Origin: an uncultured Planctomycetota bacterium
Lineage (GTDB): Bacteria; Planctomycetota; Planctomycetia; Gemmatales; Gemmataceae
Length of the DNA: 64,000 nucleotides
Direction of reading: 5' to 3'
NCBI GenBank assembly: GCA_963849325.1
Contig: CAWKHF010000007.1
Span: forward strand, 256,001 to 320,000
The notes beneath the pieces are model-generated. The model did no database searches. It was not told where the DNA came from and was given only the letters and a program-made list of their open reading frames with translations. Position 1 is the stretch's first letter; each line of letters opens with the position of its first letter. The position numbers were made by a program, and so were the translations under genes. Positions 12,650 to 23,491 of this stretch are shown here, piece after piece.

Positions 12650-13047
12650 GTGTCGTGTTTCTCGACACGGTGGGGCTGATCGCCAAGTGGGACACGAGTG
12701 ATCAGTGGCACGCTTTGGCAGAGGCAGCTTACCAGCGGATCGTCGCCCAACGTCAATCGGTCCTGACGACCACGTTCATTTTGTTGGAATGCGGCAACAC
12801 GGCGACCCGGCGCACTTTTCGCAGCGATGTATGTGCGTTGCGGCAGGCACTGGAACTTCGCAACGAATGGATCGTTCCGAACGAAGACGATTGGAAAGAC
12901 GCCTGGGCAGCCTACGAGCGTGGGGAGGCAGCGCAGGCCGGAATCGTCGATCACGTCTCCTTCGTCGTGATGCGTCGGCTCGGTGTCACGGAAGCTTTCA
13001 CCAACGACCAGCATTTCCAGGCTGCCGGCTTCACCACGCTCTTCTGA
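12646..13047 (+). CDS. vapC: VapC-family PIN-domain toxin
   Basis: VFLDT, ILLE, GIVDHVSFVVMRRLG..EAFTNDQHF. Confidence 0.9.
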   Translation: MSVVFLDTVGLIAKWDTSDQWHALAEAAYQRIVAQRQSVLTTTFILLECGNTATRRTFRSDVCALRQALELRNEWIVPNEDDWKDAWAAYERGEAAQAGIVDHVSFVVMRRLGVTEAFTNDQHFQAAGFTTLF

Positions 13048-13214
13048 GTTCCGTCGAAGAAGAAAAAGTACAGTACGTATTCACGCTCTTATGGATCGCA
13101 AAATGTACGCTGTCCCCTTTTCGCCCTTCTGTCCCCTTTTCGCCCTTGGTTAGCTGCCGCCTTTGCCCTAGCTGCGACCGCCAGGAAGCGCCGTCACTGT
13201 CGCGGCTAAACGAA

Positions 13215-13661
13215 TCACTTCTTCGCCGCAAACTCCTTCAATTCGAATTGGTACAGGTCGCCGCGGGTCGGGAAGGGACGGTTCCAGTCCGCTTCGTCTT
13301 CCACGAACTCGAAAAACGCCTTCTCCAGTTGCTCCGGTGCGATTTGGAAAGTGAAGGTGGTCAGTCCTTCGGCAGTAGTCCGTTTTACCGCGATGGGCTT
13401 GTCGTTCCCGTGCCCAATTACGATCACCCAGCCGCCTGGTGCCGACGGCGGCCGCCACGTAAGGTTGCCGATGATCCCCGTGATCGTGATTTCGAACACC
13501 TTGAACTTCCCCACGTCCTTGACCTTGACGGACGCTTTGAAGGGCAACTTGTCGATGCTCGCCGGAGTCACGCTGTGGTGCATGCGTCGGGCCAGCGCCT
13601 CGCTGGCGACGAGGAACAGAATTGCCACTGCGAGCACAACGGCGAGATGTTTCGTATTCAT
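13215..13661 (-). CDS. Hypothetical secreted protein
   Basis: 148 aa with signal-peptide-like N-terminus (..LAVVLAVAILFLVASEALA) and AGGGAG RBS. Confidence 0.65.
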   Translation of the reverse strand: MNTKHLAVVLAVAILFLVASEALARRMHHSVTPASIDKLPFKASVKVKDVGKFKVFEITITGIIGNLTWRPPSAPGGWVIVIGHGNDKPIAVKRTTAEGLTTFTFQIAPEQLEKAFFEFVEDEADWNRPFPTRGDLYQFELKEFAAKK

Positions 13662-13802
13662 ATTCTACTCCCTTGGGTACTGTGGCTTACGCCACCGGCT
13701 CGGTAATTTCTCGGGCTATCTCCCTATTGTTTTGACGAATGACGCCCGCGTCTGGTTTGTATCTTGAAACAGAAAAAGCTAACCAATTTGATTAGCTTGC
13801 CG

Positions 13803-13886
13803 GCGCCGGTCATCCTATTAACGAGCGCCGGTCAGCCTATCACGGCGCCGGTTGAGCTATTGGCGCGCCCCAGTCAGCCTATCACG
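13803..13886. repeat. Four imperfect ~21-bp direct repeats (GCGCCGGTCAGCCTATCACG consensus)
   Basis: Units start at 13803, 13825, 13845 and 13865. Confidence 0.7.
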
Positions 13887-14088
13887 GCAGTGGACGCGGC
13901 CCTGCGGCCCTTGTCAAGCGCAAAAGCGGACACGGCCGGGGATCCCGGGTAGCCAACCTTTCGGGCTTGGGGGAACGTGTTTTCGCCGCTGCGGAGGATG
14001 CGGCACCCGCCTGATCTTGGGCGGTTCGCCTTCTCACGGTAGGATGGGCAGGCGGCGGAAGGTCTGTCGATCAAGGGGAGAATGACTC

Positions 14089-15681
14089 ATGCTCCGCTAC
14101 GGATGGGCTGTCGGTCTGTGGATACTGACCTCGGTGTCGGCGTGCGCCGCGCCGGCCGAGGGACAGTGGATCGTCGTGACGGCGCCCGTTTTCCGCAAGG
14201 CCATCGAACCGCTGTGCCACCAGCGCCGGAGCCAGGGGTTGCATGTCGTCGTCGTGCCGACCACGGACGTGCTCTCCGCCGACGAGATTCGCAGCGGCGA
14301 CGCTCGGAAGCTGCGCGAACATATCAACAAGCTCTGCCGCGAATCCAAGGGGCCGTCCTTCGTTCTCCTCGTTGGCGCCATCGACCCCGGCCGCATGGCG
14401 GAGCCGGAGAAGTGCGTGCTGCCGGCGCTCCGCGGCACGGCCGGCCGCATGAAGGACCAGCCCAGCGACAACGCCTACGGCTGTCTCGATGACAGCCGTT
14501 TGCCCACGGTGCCGGTCGGCCGCTTCCCGGCGCGAACGGAGGAGGAAGCTCGCGGCATGGTCGCCAAAACACTCGAATACGAGCGCTCTTCGCCGCCGGG
14601 AATGTGGCGTCGTCGTCTGACCATTCTGGCCGGCATTCCCGCGTACAATCCGCTGGTCGATCGCATGGTTGAGAGCTTGGCCCTGGCCCGCTTCGCGCGG
14701 CTGTCGCCGATCTGGACCGGACGGGCCATCTACAGCAACCCGCAATCGCGCTTCGCCCTGCCGGACGATTTACTGCACAAACGCGCTCTGCAATATGTCG
14801 AGGACGGCGAGGCGTTCACGCTCTACCTGGGCCACTCCAGCGCCGAGGGACTGTACGGCGGGCGGGCGCCGTACCTTGACCGCGACGACTGGTCCCATCT
14901 GCGGATCGGTCGCGGCAAGGGCGTGTTCCTTACTTTCGGCTGCAACGGTTGTCAGTTGAAGGGCCGCGACGGCGAAGGCTACGGCGTCGCGGCGGCGCGG
15001 AACCCGAACGGTCCGGCGGCCGTCGTCGGCTCGCACGGCATTTGCTTCGCCGCGATGGTGCAGCTCGCCGCGGACGGCCTGTTCGAGTGTACCTTCGCCA
15101 ACCGCCCGCCCCGGCGACTCGGCGAAACGTGGCTGGCGATCGAGAACGGTGTGGCTCGCGGCAAGATCGATGATTTCACCTACGGTCTCCTCGACGCCGT
15201 GGACGGCGACAAGAAAATTCCGCAAGCGACGCAGCGGCAGGAGCACCTCGAAATGTTCCTGCTGCTGGGCGATCCGGCCCTGCGCTTGCCCGTCATGCCG
15301 GAGGACGTCGAGCTGACAACGCCTGTGGCCGTCGTGCCCAGCGAGACGTTGACTGTGAAGGGCCGCGTTCCTTCTCGTCTGTCCGGCGCAGGGATACGGC
15401 TGAGCCTGGAGCGCACGGTGAATAGCGTGCCGAGCGATCTGGAGCCGCTGCCGAAAGACGCCGCGATGCGCGACCGCATCGTCATCCGCAACCACGAGCG
15501 CGCCAATCGCTTTGTGCTAGCGACCGGCGAAGTCGTGGCGAAGGACGGTCAATTCGAGATCAAGCTGGCAGTCCCAGCGAAACTACCGTGGCCGCGTCTG
15601 GTGCTGCGCGCCTACGCCGCCACGGAACGAGAGGAAGGCATGGCCGTGCGGATGCTGGAAGTAAAGAAACCCCCGCGCTGA
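14089..15681 (+). CDS. Peptidase C25 (gingipain-like cysteine protease), secreted
   Basis: Signal peptide; FVLLVG, SDNAYG, VPVGRFPART, YLGHSS (His), TFGCNG (Cys), LLLGDPAL. Confidence 0.85.
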   Translation: MLRYGWAVGLWILTSVSACAAPAEGQWIVVTAPVFRKAIEPLCHQRRSQGLHVVVVPTTDVLSADEIRSGDARKLREHINKLCRESKGPSFVLLVGAIDPGRMAEPEKCVLPALRGTAGRMKDQPSDNAYGCLDDSRLPTVPVGRFPARTEEEARGMVAKTLEYERSSPPGMWRRRLTILAGIPAYNPLVDRMVESLALARFARLSPIWTGRAIYSNPQSRFALPDDLLHKRALQYVEDGEAFTLYLGHSSAEGLYGGRAPYLDRDDWSHLRIGRGKGVFLTFGCNGCQLKGRDGEGYGVAAARNPNGPAAVVGSHGICFAAMVQLAADGLFECTFANRPPRRLGETWLAIENGVARGKIDDFTYGLLDAVDGDKKIPQATQRQEHLEMFLLLGDPALRLPVMPEDVELTTPVAVVPSETLTVKGRVPSRLSGAGIRLSLERTVNSVPSDLEPLPKDAAMRDRIVIRNHERANRFVLATGEVVAKDGQFEIKLAVPAKLPWPRLVLRAYAATEREEGMAVRMLEVKKPPR

Positions 15682-15714
15682 GAGACGCTTCGCGCCAACC
15701 GAGGGCGGTACACC

Positions 15715-16143
15715 ATGAGTCAGGACTATCAGGAGGACGGCATCTCCTTCCGCTATCCGGACGACTGGCGCCTGGACCGCGAGGACAGCGCCGACGGCTG
15801 GACGGTGCTGTTGCAAAGTCCGGGCACGGCGTTCCTGACGCTGACCTGCGATCGCAGTGGGACCAGCACGGAGGAGATCGCGCAAGCAGCCCTGGAGGCG
15901 CTCCGCGCCGACTACCCCAACCTGGACGCCAACCCGCAAATCGACACGCTCGCCGGTCAGATGGCGATTGGCCACGACATAGAGTTCATCAGTCTGGACC
16001 TGACCAACACCTGCTGGACGCGCTGCTTTTACAGCGACGCCGGCACCGTGCTGGTCCTGTGTCAGACGAACGACCTGGAGCTGGAAGAATACGAGCCGAT
16101 CCTGCGGGCCATTTGCGCGTCGTTGACCGTTGAAGAGGAATAG
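15715..16143 (+). CDS. Conserved hypothetical protein (PsbP/Mog1-like fold suspected)
   Basis: GISFRYPDDW motif, acidic 142 aa. Confidence 0.7.
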   Translation: MSQDYQEDGISFRYPDDWRLDREDSADGWTVLLQSPGTAFLTLTCDRSGTSTEEIAQAALEALRADYPNLDANPQIDTLAGQMAIGHDIEFISLDLTNTCWTRCFYSDAGTVLVLCQTNDLELEEYEPILRAICASLTVEEE

Positions 16144-16194
16144 GCAGAGGAGGCCAGAGCCTTCTCACAGACCCCATACCGAGCCAAACAAGTC

Positions 16195-16554
16195 TTACGG
16201 CACGCCGACACAGAGGGCGATGGCCTCGGCAATCTCGTCCAATTGGGCAAACGTGACCTCGCCCAGCCGATTCACGAAACGGGAGAGAGAAACCGATTTG
16301 GTCTGAAACGTATCGGCTCCCGAGTCTTTGGTCAGTCCATTTGTGGGGACAGCAGGTAGTTCCACAAACCAGGGATAGCCGGAATACGATGGCTTCCAGT
16401 CGGTGATGGGAACGACCAGCCGCAAAGGCAAACGCCCGACGGTATCCAGGTTGATGACGACGGCTGGCCGAACTTTCCGGATCTCCGCACCAACCGAGGG
16501 GTCGAAGTCAATCAACCAAATCTCGCCTCGTCTGGGTGCTGGCACTATCGCCAT
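16195..16554 (-). CDS. mazF: PemK/MazF-family toxin
   Basis: PRRGEIWLIDFDPSVGAEIRKVRPAVV...VVPIT...NGLTKDS.ADTFQ. Confidence 0.92.
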   Translation of the reverse strand: MAIVPAPRRGEIWLIDFDPSVGAEIRKVRPAVVINLDTVGRLPLRLVVPITDWKPSYSGYPWFVELPAVPTNGLTKDSGADTFQTKSVSLSRFVNRLGEVTFAQLDEIAEAIALCVGVP

Positions 16555-16729
16555 ACAGGTCATCCTTGCCGAAGGCCTCAAAGTCCGTCAATTCCGGATC
16601 GTTGCGGTAGTCCTCTTCCGCTCGTATGGCCGCTGCTTCGAGAATCGCATCTCGTTGCTCGGCGGGTAGTTTTCGCAATTCACTGGCCTTCCAGCGTTTC
16701 GCTGTGCCGGTAGTTGTCTGGTGGTTCAT
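16508..16729 (-). CDS. Putative antitoxin upstream of mazF
   Basis: Small acidic ORF (..AAAIRAEEDYRNDPELTDFEAF..) overlapping the toxin start. Confidence 0.7.
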   Translation of the reverse strand: MNHQTTTGTAKRWKASELRKLPAEQRDAILEAAAIRAEEDYRNDPELTDFEAFGKDDLYGDSASTQTRRDLVD

Positions 16730-16841
16730 CCGTTTGTCCTCCAACCTCTTTCCGATCTAGTTTCCCTAAACACGTGCCAGGAGTCAACGGAAGAGGGGCG
16801 CCCTGGCACGGACGCTAGAAACGCCCGAAATTCACCAAACT

Positions 16842-18854
16842 TCACTCCGGCAACCGCCACACCCGAATCGTCTCGTCGCGGCTACCCGAAAAAATCTGCT
16901 TGCCGTCGCTGGACACGTCCAGCGACGTGACGGCGGTCGTATGGCCGCGACAGCACCATAGCTCGCAACCGCTGTCCGGATCCCATATCCGCAGCGTACC
17001 ATCGTGACTGGCCGAGACGACTCGACCGTCGGCGGTCACGGCCACGGCGGCGATCATCTGACGATGGCCGCTGAAGCGCCGCAGTTCCCGACCGGTCTCC
17101 ACCTCCCACAGACGGACCGTCGTGTCGAAGTGGCCGGACGCGACGGTTCGGCCGCCGGGGGCGAAGGCCACGCCGAACACCAGGCCGCGCGGCGCCGCAA
17201 AGAGACGCACTTCACGACCGCCGCGCACGTCCCACAGACGCAATGTCTGATCGCGGCCGCCGGAGACGACATGCTGTCCGTCGTCGGACAGGGCGACACT
17301 GGTGATCTCGCCACGGTGGCCGACCCAGCGCTGAATCTCGCGGCCGCTGTGCAGGTTCCACAGGCGCAAGGTGCGATCGTCGCCGCCGGTGACGGCTTGC
17401 CGGCCATCGCGGCTGACGGCAATGCAACGCACCGCGTTGGTGTGGCCGGTCAGCCGATCCGCCTCTTGCCCCGTCGTCGGATCCCAGATACGCACGCTCG
17501 CTCCCTGGCCGGTGAGCACGTGCCCGCTGCCGGGGACCATGGCGAGACCGCATATTTCCAGTGACGATTGCCCGAAGCGCAGACGCTCCTCGCCGCTCTC
17601 CCCGTCGTAGACGCGCAGCTGTCGGTCGGCGCAGGCCGCCACCATCGACCTTCCGTCGCCGCTGAGGACCACCGCGACGACCGGGCCGCCGCTGCCTCGG
17701 ATCAGGCGTGTCTCGTGCAGCGGTTCGGGCTGCTGACCGGCCGGCAGCACGCCGGTGCGTGTCAGTTGTTCCAGCGCGGACGCCAAGTCGCCGGGTGTGC
17801 GAAAGCGATCGTCGGGGTGCTTGGCCATCAATTTGCGGACGACGCTCGCCACCGCCGCCGGCACTTCCGGGCGCAACTGATCGACCGACGGCGGCGTCTC
17901 CCAGCGCTGACGGTCGAGCTTCTGGATCAGCGTGCCACCGGGGAACGGTACACGGCCGCTGAGCAGGAAATAGAAGGTGCAGCCGAGGCTGTACAGGTCG
18001 GCGCGGATGTCGGCCTTGTGCGGGTCTTCCAGCTGTTCGGGGGCGATGTAGTCAGGAGTGCCGAGCACGGCGCCATCGCGCGTCAGCGTCGTCAGCGAAT
18101 CCTCGCCGAGGTCGCGTAGCTGGTACAGGCGGGCGACACCCATGTCGAGGATCTTGACCAGCGGTCGCGGCGGCAGAGCGAGGCGCTGTCCCGGCTGCGG
18201 CGTGCCACTGTTGGGGGCCACGATCATGAGGTTGGACGGTTTGATGTCGCGGTGGACCAGCGCCTGCTCGACGGCGTGCTGCAAGCCCAGCGCCGCCTGC
18301 CGGATGAAGTCGCAGGCCAGAGGAACCGGCAGGGGGCCGTTGTGCTCCACCAGCGTTTGCAGCGTGAGGCCGGGTACGTACTCCATCGCCAGGAAGTGCG
18401 TCTCGCCGTCCTGGTCCAGCTCGTGAACGACGACGATGTTGGGATGCGACAGCCGAGCGGCGGCCTGGGCTTCGCGGCGAAAACGGCTCAGCGCCTCCGG
18501 ATGCGACAGGCGCTCCTTGCGGAAAACCTTCAGGGCGACGACGCGGTTGCGCTGGACGTGGCGGGCCTTATAGACGATGCCCATGCCGCCGCGTCCCAGT
18601 TCCTCCAGGATCTCATAGTCGGCCAACGTGGGCCGAGGCGAGGCGGAAAGCGGCGTCCCTTCCGGCGGCGGCGGCGGAGGAGGAACCAGGAGAGTGGTCG
18701 GACTGTATTCACTCTTCTCCAGCGAGCCGCAGATGGGGCAGGGCGCCGTCGCGCCGCCGGACGGCATCGCGGCGGCGCTGATCTCCCATTCGTGGCCATT
18801 CGGACAGCGCAGGTGCGACATGGAAGACGGACTCTCCAGGCACAGAACGTCCAT
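16842..18854 (-). CDS. Ser/Thr protein kinase with N-terminal Zn-ribbon and C-terminal WD40 repeats
   Basis: CPNGH..CPIC; LGRGGMGIVY, VALK, HRDIKPSN, DMG, GTPDYIAPE; about 7 WD40 repeats. Confidence 0.93.
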   Translation of the reverse strand: MDVLCLESPSSMSHLRCPNGHEWEISAAAMPSGGATAPCPICGSLEKSEYSPTTLLVPPPPPPPEGTPLSASPRPTLADYEILEELGRGGMGIVYKARHVQRNRVVALKVFRKERLSHPEALSRFRREAQAAARLSHPNIVVVHELDQDGETHFLAMEYVPGLTLQTLVEHNGPLPVPLACDFIRQAALGLQHAVEQALVHRDIKPSNLMIVAPNSGTPQPGQRLALPPRPLVKILDMGVARLYQLRDLGEDSLTTLTRDGAVLGTPDYIAPEQLEDPHKADIRADLYSLGCTFYFLLSGRVPFPGGTLIQKLDRQRWETPPSVDQLRPEVPAAVASVVRKLMAKHPDDRFRTPGDLASALEQLTRTGVLPAGQQPEPLHETRLIRGSGGPVVAVVLSGDGRSMVAACADRQLRVYDGESGEERLRFGQSSLEICGLAMVPGSGHVLTGQGASVRIWDPTTGQEADRLTGHTNAVRCIAVSRDGRQAVTGGDDRTLRLWNLHSGREIQRWVGHRGEITSVALSDDGQHVVSGGRDQTLRLWDVRGGREVRLFAAPRGLVFGVAFAPGGRTVASGHFDTTVRLWEVETGRELRRFSGHRQMIAAVAVTADGRVVSASHDGTLRIWDPDSGCELWCCRGHTTAVTSLDVSSDGKQIFSGSRDETIRVWRLPE

Positions 18855-18951
18855 TCCGCCCTGCCATTTTAGCGACCTCGCCAGCGCCCTGCACAGCCAA
18901 GCAGGAGACGAATCCCGAAGCGAGCATGGTTGCGGAATACCTCATCCGATG

Positions 18952-20788
18952 TCATTCCGCCATGACCTCGGGAATGGCTTCCTTGAGGGTCCGCCTGCCC
19001 TTGTCGGTGACCTGGGTGCCGCCTAGGGCCACCAGACGCAGCTTTTTCAAACCGACCAGTTCTTTCATGCCGGCATCCGTGACCGCCGTTTGGCTCAGCC
19101 ACAGCGACTGCATCCGGGGCCACTTCGCCACCACTTTGAGGCCCTCGTCCGTTACGCTGGTATTGGCGATACTTACCAGGTACAGTTTTTTTAAGCCGCT
19201 CAGCTCCTTCAGGCCCGCGTCCGTCAAGCGGATGGATTCAATCCCCAGCACCTCCACGTTCCGGAACTTGGCGACCTCCTTCATACCGGCGTCCGTGATG
19301 CCGGCATTAAAAGAGATGGCTAATCTCCGCATTTCTTGCAGACCGACGAGATGTTTCAGTCCGGCGTCCGTCACCTTGTTTCGATAAACGGCCAGCCACC
19401 GCAGCTGCTTCAAACGGGCAACCTCCTTGAGGTCGTCATCCGTGGTCCCACTGCCATCCAGCCACAAACGCAAACAGCGTTCGGGCGAGGGAAGCGTACG
19501 CAGCTTCCCGCGCGGAAAGACCCGAAAGCGAACCGCCGCGAAAAAGGCGCGCTCCGGATCTTCTCGATTGAACGGCGAGTCCCCTTTGGGAGCTACTCCC
19601 GTGTATTCTTCGGCCGGTACAAAATGCGGCCCCCCGCCGAGTGGGGTGGTTCGGACCCAGCCGAATTCGGCGCCGGCCTCCTCCCAGGCGGCGACGATGG
19701 CCCCCATCGGACCGGCGCGGGGCCAAACCCGCACGGTCCTGTCCGCGCCGGCGCTGATCAGGCGCTGGCCGTCCGGCGCGAAAGCCAGTGCGGTAATGCC
19801 ATCGCCATGCCCCTTGAGGGTTCGGCGCAGCTGGCCCGCGCCCGGCTCCCAGAGCCGAATCGTCCGGTCGAGGCCGGCGCTGGCAATCGTCTTGCCGGTC
19901 GGCGAAAACGCCAGCGTCCAGACTTCGTCCGTGTGGCCCTTGAGCTGGGCCCGCTCCTTGGCGCCGGCCACGTCCCACAAACGCACCGTATGGTCTTCAC
20001 TGGCGCTGGCGAGAATCCTTGCCATCGGGAGAGAAGGCCAGGCAGCGGACCGTACTCTCGTGCCCCTGGAGGACGACCCGTTCCCGCCGTGTCGCCAGGT
20101 CCCAAAGCCGGATCGTGCGGTCGCTACTGCCGCTTGCCAGCAGCGTGCCGTCCGCGGAAAACGCCAACGCTCGGATGGAAGCCTTGTGCCCCGTCAGGAC
20201 GGCTTGCGTCTTTCCACTGGCCGCATCCCACAACCGAATCGTCTTATCGTATCCGGCGCTGGCCAACGTTTTGCCGTCGGGAGAGAAGGCCACGGCGTAG
20301 ACCCAGCTGGTGTGGCCTTCGAGGGTGTGGACCTCCTTGCCGGTGGACGTGTCCCACAGCTTGATTTTCTGATCGGGACTGCCGCTGGCGAGGAGCTTCC
20401 CGTCCGGCGCGAACGCCAGGCAGGTGACGGCGTCGGTATGGCCCTTGAGCGTGTAGCGGACCTTGCCTCCCGGTATGGCGCGAATCTGGATGGTTTCGCT
20501 CTCCTCGGCCAGGGCGATGGTTTGGCCGTCGGGAGCGTAAGCCAGGGCCAGGACCGAGCTGTTGACGCCCGGCAACAGGTAGCCGTACCGATCGAAGTCA
20601 AGAGCTTCCTCAACCGGCTTTCCGGGCGGACCCGCTTCCACTTTCGGCTTTTCCGATCGAGCATTCGCGTCGGGCGATTTCTTCCGCGTCTCGGTTTGAC
20701 CGGACGCCATCGGCAAGAAAAGGACGCCCAACACGATGGCGAACAACCCGGCAATGAGTTGGCGGCCGATTGGCAAGACGTGCATCAT
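18952..20788 (-). CDS. Secreted WD40 plus leucine-rich-repeat protein (frameshift near 20020)
   Basis: Signal peptide, WD40 repeats in ORFs 19997..20788 and 18952..20025, then repeated VTDAGLKxL LRR units. Confidence 0.82.
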
Positions 20789-20792
20789 GCTA

Positions 20793-21647
20793 TCATCCTT
20801 TCCCGATTACGGAACCTCGCTCACACGACGGTCTCTGTTCGCCCTCACGTAGCTCGAACCGCAACTCTCTCCCCGGCGCCGCCGCGAAGGCGGCACGGAA
20901 ATCGTCATTGCTTTGGTAGTCCCGATCCGGCACGACGCAGGCACGCACCGAGACAAGCAGGGGACAGCGATCGAAAGGATACGGCGTCACGGCCACCGTC
21001 TGGTCCGCGATCGGCCGAAGTACCAACTGCGTCTCGCCGCCCTCGTAATCGCGGGGCACCGGCTCCAGCGTGGCCGGTCGCGGCGGCGCCGTGCAGAAGT
21101 ACAGCGACAGTCGATCGAACACTTGCAGCAGCTTGTAATTGCACCACAGCGGCCGCTCCTCCAGCCATGCCAGAGCCACACCACGATGAGGCAGGTCTCG
21201 CCGCAGTGCCGCCTGCTGCGCCTGCAACTCATCGAGAAATCGGCGCTGCATGTCCTCTTCCTCGGCGGAGAGCGTCTTGGCCGTCATCTGCCGGTCGGTG
21301 CCGAAGCGCATCTGGTACAGCCCGGCCAGGTGCATGGTGGTGAGTAGACCGGCGTAGGGATCCCGGGCCAGCACGCGGTCGATGCCGGTCCGGTAGAAAC
21401 CGACGTGCTCGGCGATCGGCATGGCGGTGAACTGGTACGGCCGGCGCGTGGACGGGTCGATGCGCGGCGCTGCCTCCCACGACAGCCAGCCGTCGTCGTG
21501 GTGAGTAGCGGCGATGAGCAAGGGTTCGCGCGGAGACGGAGTGGCGAAGGCGGCGTTGCCCCAATGCTCGGCGAAGACACCGGCCAAAGCGGCGTGGTCG
21601 GTCTGCCGGATCAGCAGTAGCTGTCCGTCGCGGGCTTGCACGATCAT
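20793..21647 (-). CDS. DUF3891-family protein
   Basis: LLIRQTDHAALAG...HHDDGW...PYQF, LQVFDRLSLYFC, VTPYPF. Confidence 0.8.
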   Translation of the reverse strand: MIVQARDGQLLLIRQTDHAALAGVFAEHWGNAAFATPSPREPLLIAATHHDDGWLSWEAAPRIDPSTRRPYQFTAMPIAEHVGFYRTGIDRVLARDPYAGLLTTMHLAGLYQMRFGTDRQMTAKTLSAEEEDMQRRFLDELQAQQAALRRDLPHRGVALAWLEERPLWCNYKLLQVFDRLSLYFCTAPPRPATLEPVPRDYEGGETQLVLRPIADQTVAVTPYPFDRCPLLVSVRACVVPDRDYQSNDDFRAAFAAAPGRELRFELREGEQRPSCERGSVIGKG

Positions 21648-21769
21648 GAAAGGCTCCCGGCCAGCAAAGGACAGGCGAGACGTACCGCCGTCGATTATAC
21701 CGCGCTCCGGGAGCTAGAGGGGGCCGCCGACGGCCGGACGCCCATACGTCCGGCCGTCGGCGGCTCGCC

Positions 21770-22180
21770 TCATCGGCGCTTGAACGTCAGCGCGAAATCG
21801 TCGAACTGAAGGGCCTTGTGGCCGTTGCCCGAGTCGGCGAAGAACTGCTCGAACAGATCGCGGACGTGAGCGGAGGCCAGGTGGTAGTAGTTGTGTTTGC
21901 CGTCGCGGCGGAAGCCGACCAGGCCGACCATGCGCATCAGCGTCAAGTGGTGGCTGACGGCCGGCTGCGACTGGCCGAGCAGGTCGCACAGGGCCGAGAC
22001 GTGCAGTTCGCTGTCCTGGGCCAGGGCCAGGACGATCTTCAGGCGCGACGGGTCGGCCAGCAGCTTGAAAACGGCGGTCAGACGCGCGATGGTCTCGTCG
22101 GAGACCTGGATCGGCGACGACGACGACGATGTCGCGGCCTTGGGTGAACGGGATCGGACGACGGTGGCGTTACTGGTCAA
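21770..22180 (-). CDS. ArsR/SmtB-family transcriptional regulator
   Basis: FKLLADPSRLKIV...ELHVSALC...SQPAVSHHL...GLVGFRRDGKHNYY; TTG start after GGAGG. Confidence 0.9.
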   Translation of the reverse strand: MTSNATVVRSRSPKAATSSSSSPIQVSDETIARLTAVFKLLADPSRLKIVLALAQDSELHVSALCDLLGQSQPAVSHHLTLMRMVGLVGFRRDGKHNYYHLASAHVRDLFEQFFADSGNGHKALQFDDFALTFKRR

Positions 22181-22374
22181 GTTGAATCCTCCCACGTACC
22201 GCGTGTCCGCCGGCGGAAACTTGCACGGTCGCATCCATTCACTCCGAAGGTGCAAGAACGATCCGACAGACGAGCGCGGCCCCCGATGAGTACTTGCGTC
22301 CCGGCGTGGAACGGAGCGGTGACACCGAATCGTCTCTCCCTTTCCTCGCCGTCTGCTTTTACGAGTCAGCTAGT

Positions 22375-22402
22375 AGAATATCAAGGGATTCACGTGCGTC
22401 AA
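22375..22402 (-). promoter_or_regulatory. Sigma70-like promoter for the arsR gene
   Basis: Minus strand TTGACG-16 bp-TATTCT in an AT-rich patch. Confidence 0.5.
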
Positions 22403-22436
22403 ATAAATTCCTGTGAATTTCTTCACGCTCCGCCGT

Positions 22437-23330
22437 TCACGCCGACAAACCGTAGGCGCGGAGGGTCTGGGCGACGCGCGCCTCGCCGGCGGCGTCGGGG
22501 GGACACAAGGGCAGGCGCAGCTCGCCGTTGCCGCGACCGAGTATTTTCAGGGCCGTTTTCACGGGGATGGGATTGGTGGCCACGCCGAGCATATCGCGGC
22601 AAAGCAGGAACAGACGACGGTGCCACTCCAGCGCCTCGGCCGGTCGGCCGGCGTCGTGGGCGGCGACCAGCGCCTTGAGGTCGCGCGGCACCAGGTTGCC
22701 GACCACCGACACGACGCCGCGGCCGCCGATGCTCATCAGCGGCAGCGTCAGGCTATCGTCGCCGCTGAGGATGGTCAGGTCGCACAGCGAGGCGATGTGC
22801 GACGCCTGGTCGAGCGAACCCGTCGCCTCCTTGATGGCGACGATGCTCGGCAGCTGGGCCAAGCGGGCGATGGTCTCGGGCAGGATGTTCGACGCGGTTC
22901 GAGCGGGGATGTTGTAGAGCACGATCGGCAGGTCGCACGCCTCGGCCACGGCGGCAAAGTGGCGATAATAACCTTCCTGCGTCGGCTTGTTGTAGTACGG
23001 CCCGACCATGAGAGCACCGTCGGCGCCGGTTCGCTGAGCGAAGCGCGTCAGACGGATGGCCTCGCGCGTGCTGTTGGAGCCGGTGCCGGGCACGACCTTG
23101 ATGCGTCCGGCGGCCTGCTCGACCACGGCGGCGATGACGCGCTCGTGCTCGTCGTGGTCCAGCGTCGGCGATTCGCCGGTAGTGCCGACCGGCGACAAAC
23201 CATCAGTCCCCTGCTCGACGTGCCAGTCCACCAGCCGGCGCAGGGCGGCAAAATCGATGTCGCCATCACGGAACGGCGTCACCAATGCCACCGTCACACC
23301 GGCGAACCGTTCCCCTTTGGTCTTCTTCAT
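22437..23330 (-). CDS. dapA: 4-hydroxy-tetrahydrodipicolinate synthase
   Basis: [49 protein letters not shown]. Confidence 0.96.
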   Translation of the reverse strand: MKKTKGERFAGVTVALVTPFRDGDIDFAALRRLVDWHVEQGTDGLSPVGTTGESPTLDHDEHERVIAAVVEQAAGRIKVVPGTGSNSTREAIRLTRFAQRTGADGALMVGPYYNKPTQEGYYRHFAAVAEACDLPIVLYNIPARTASNILPETIARLAQLPSIVAIKEATGSLDQASHIASLCDLTILSGDDSLTLPLMSIGGRGVVSVVGNLVPRDLKALVAAHDAGRPAEALEWHRRLFLLCRDMLGVATNPIPVKTALKILGRGNGELRLPLCPPDAAGEARVAQTLRAYGLSA

Positions 23331-23491
23331 GTGTACATTCTCCGATGCTTCCAGACGCGAAGCCGCCAGCGGCCCCTGGAGCCTTTTTACCGAAATCCGC
23401 AAGAAGACAACGGCACGAACGAATAGAATAATGGAAAGGCCGCGCGGAAACCGCTCCTCGCGCCGCCGCCGGAGGTCCGGAGACGAGGACG

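Noticed and set aside
13109-13147. Tandem duplication CTGTCCCCTTTTCGCCCTT
   Set aside because: Two copies only, in a convergent intergenic gap; no function can be supported.
19427-21343. Long antisense ORFs (also 45634..47301, 33694..35031, 29988..31535)
   Set aside because: Shadow ORFs of high-GC genes, mostly low-complexity, with no recognisable motifs.
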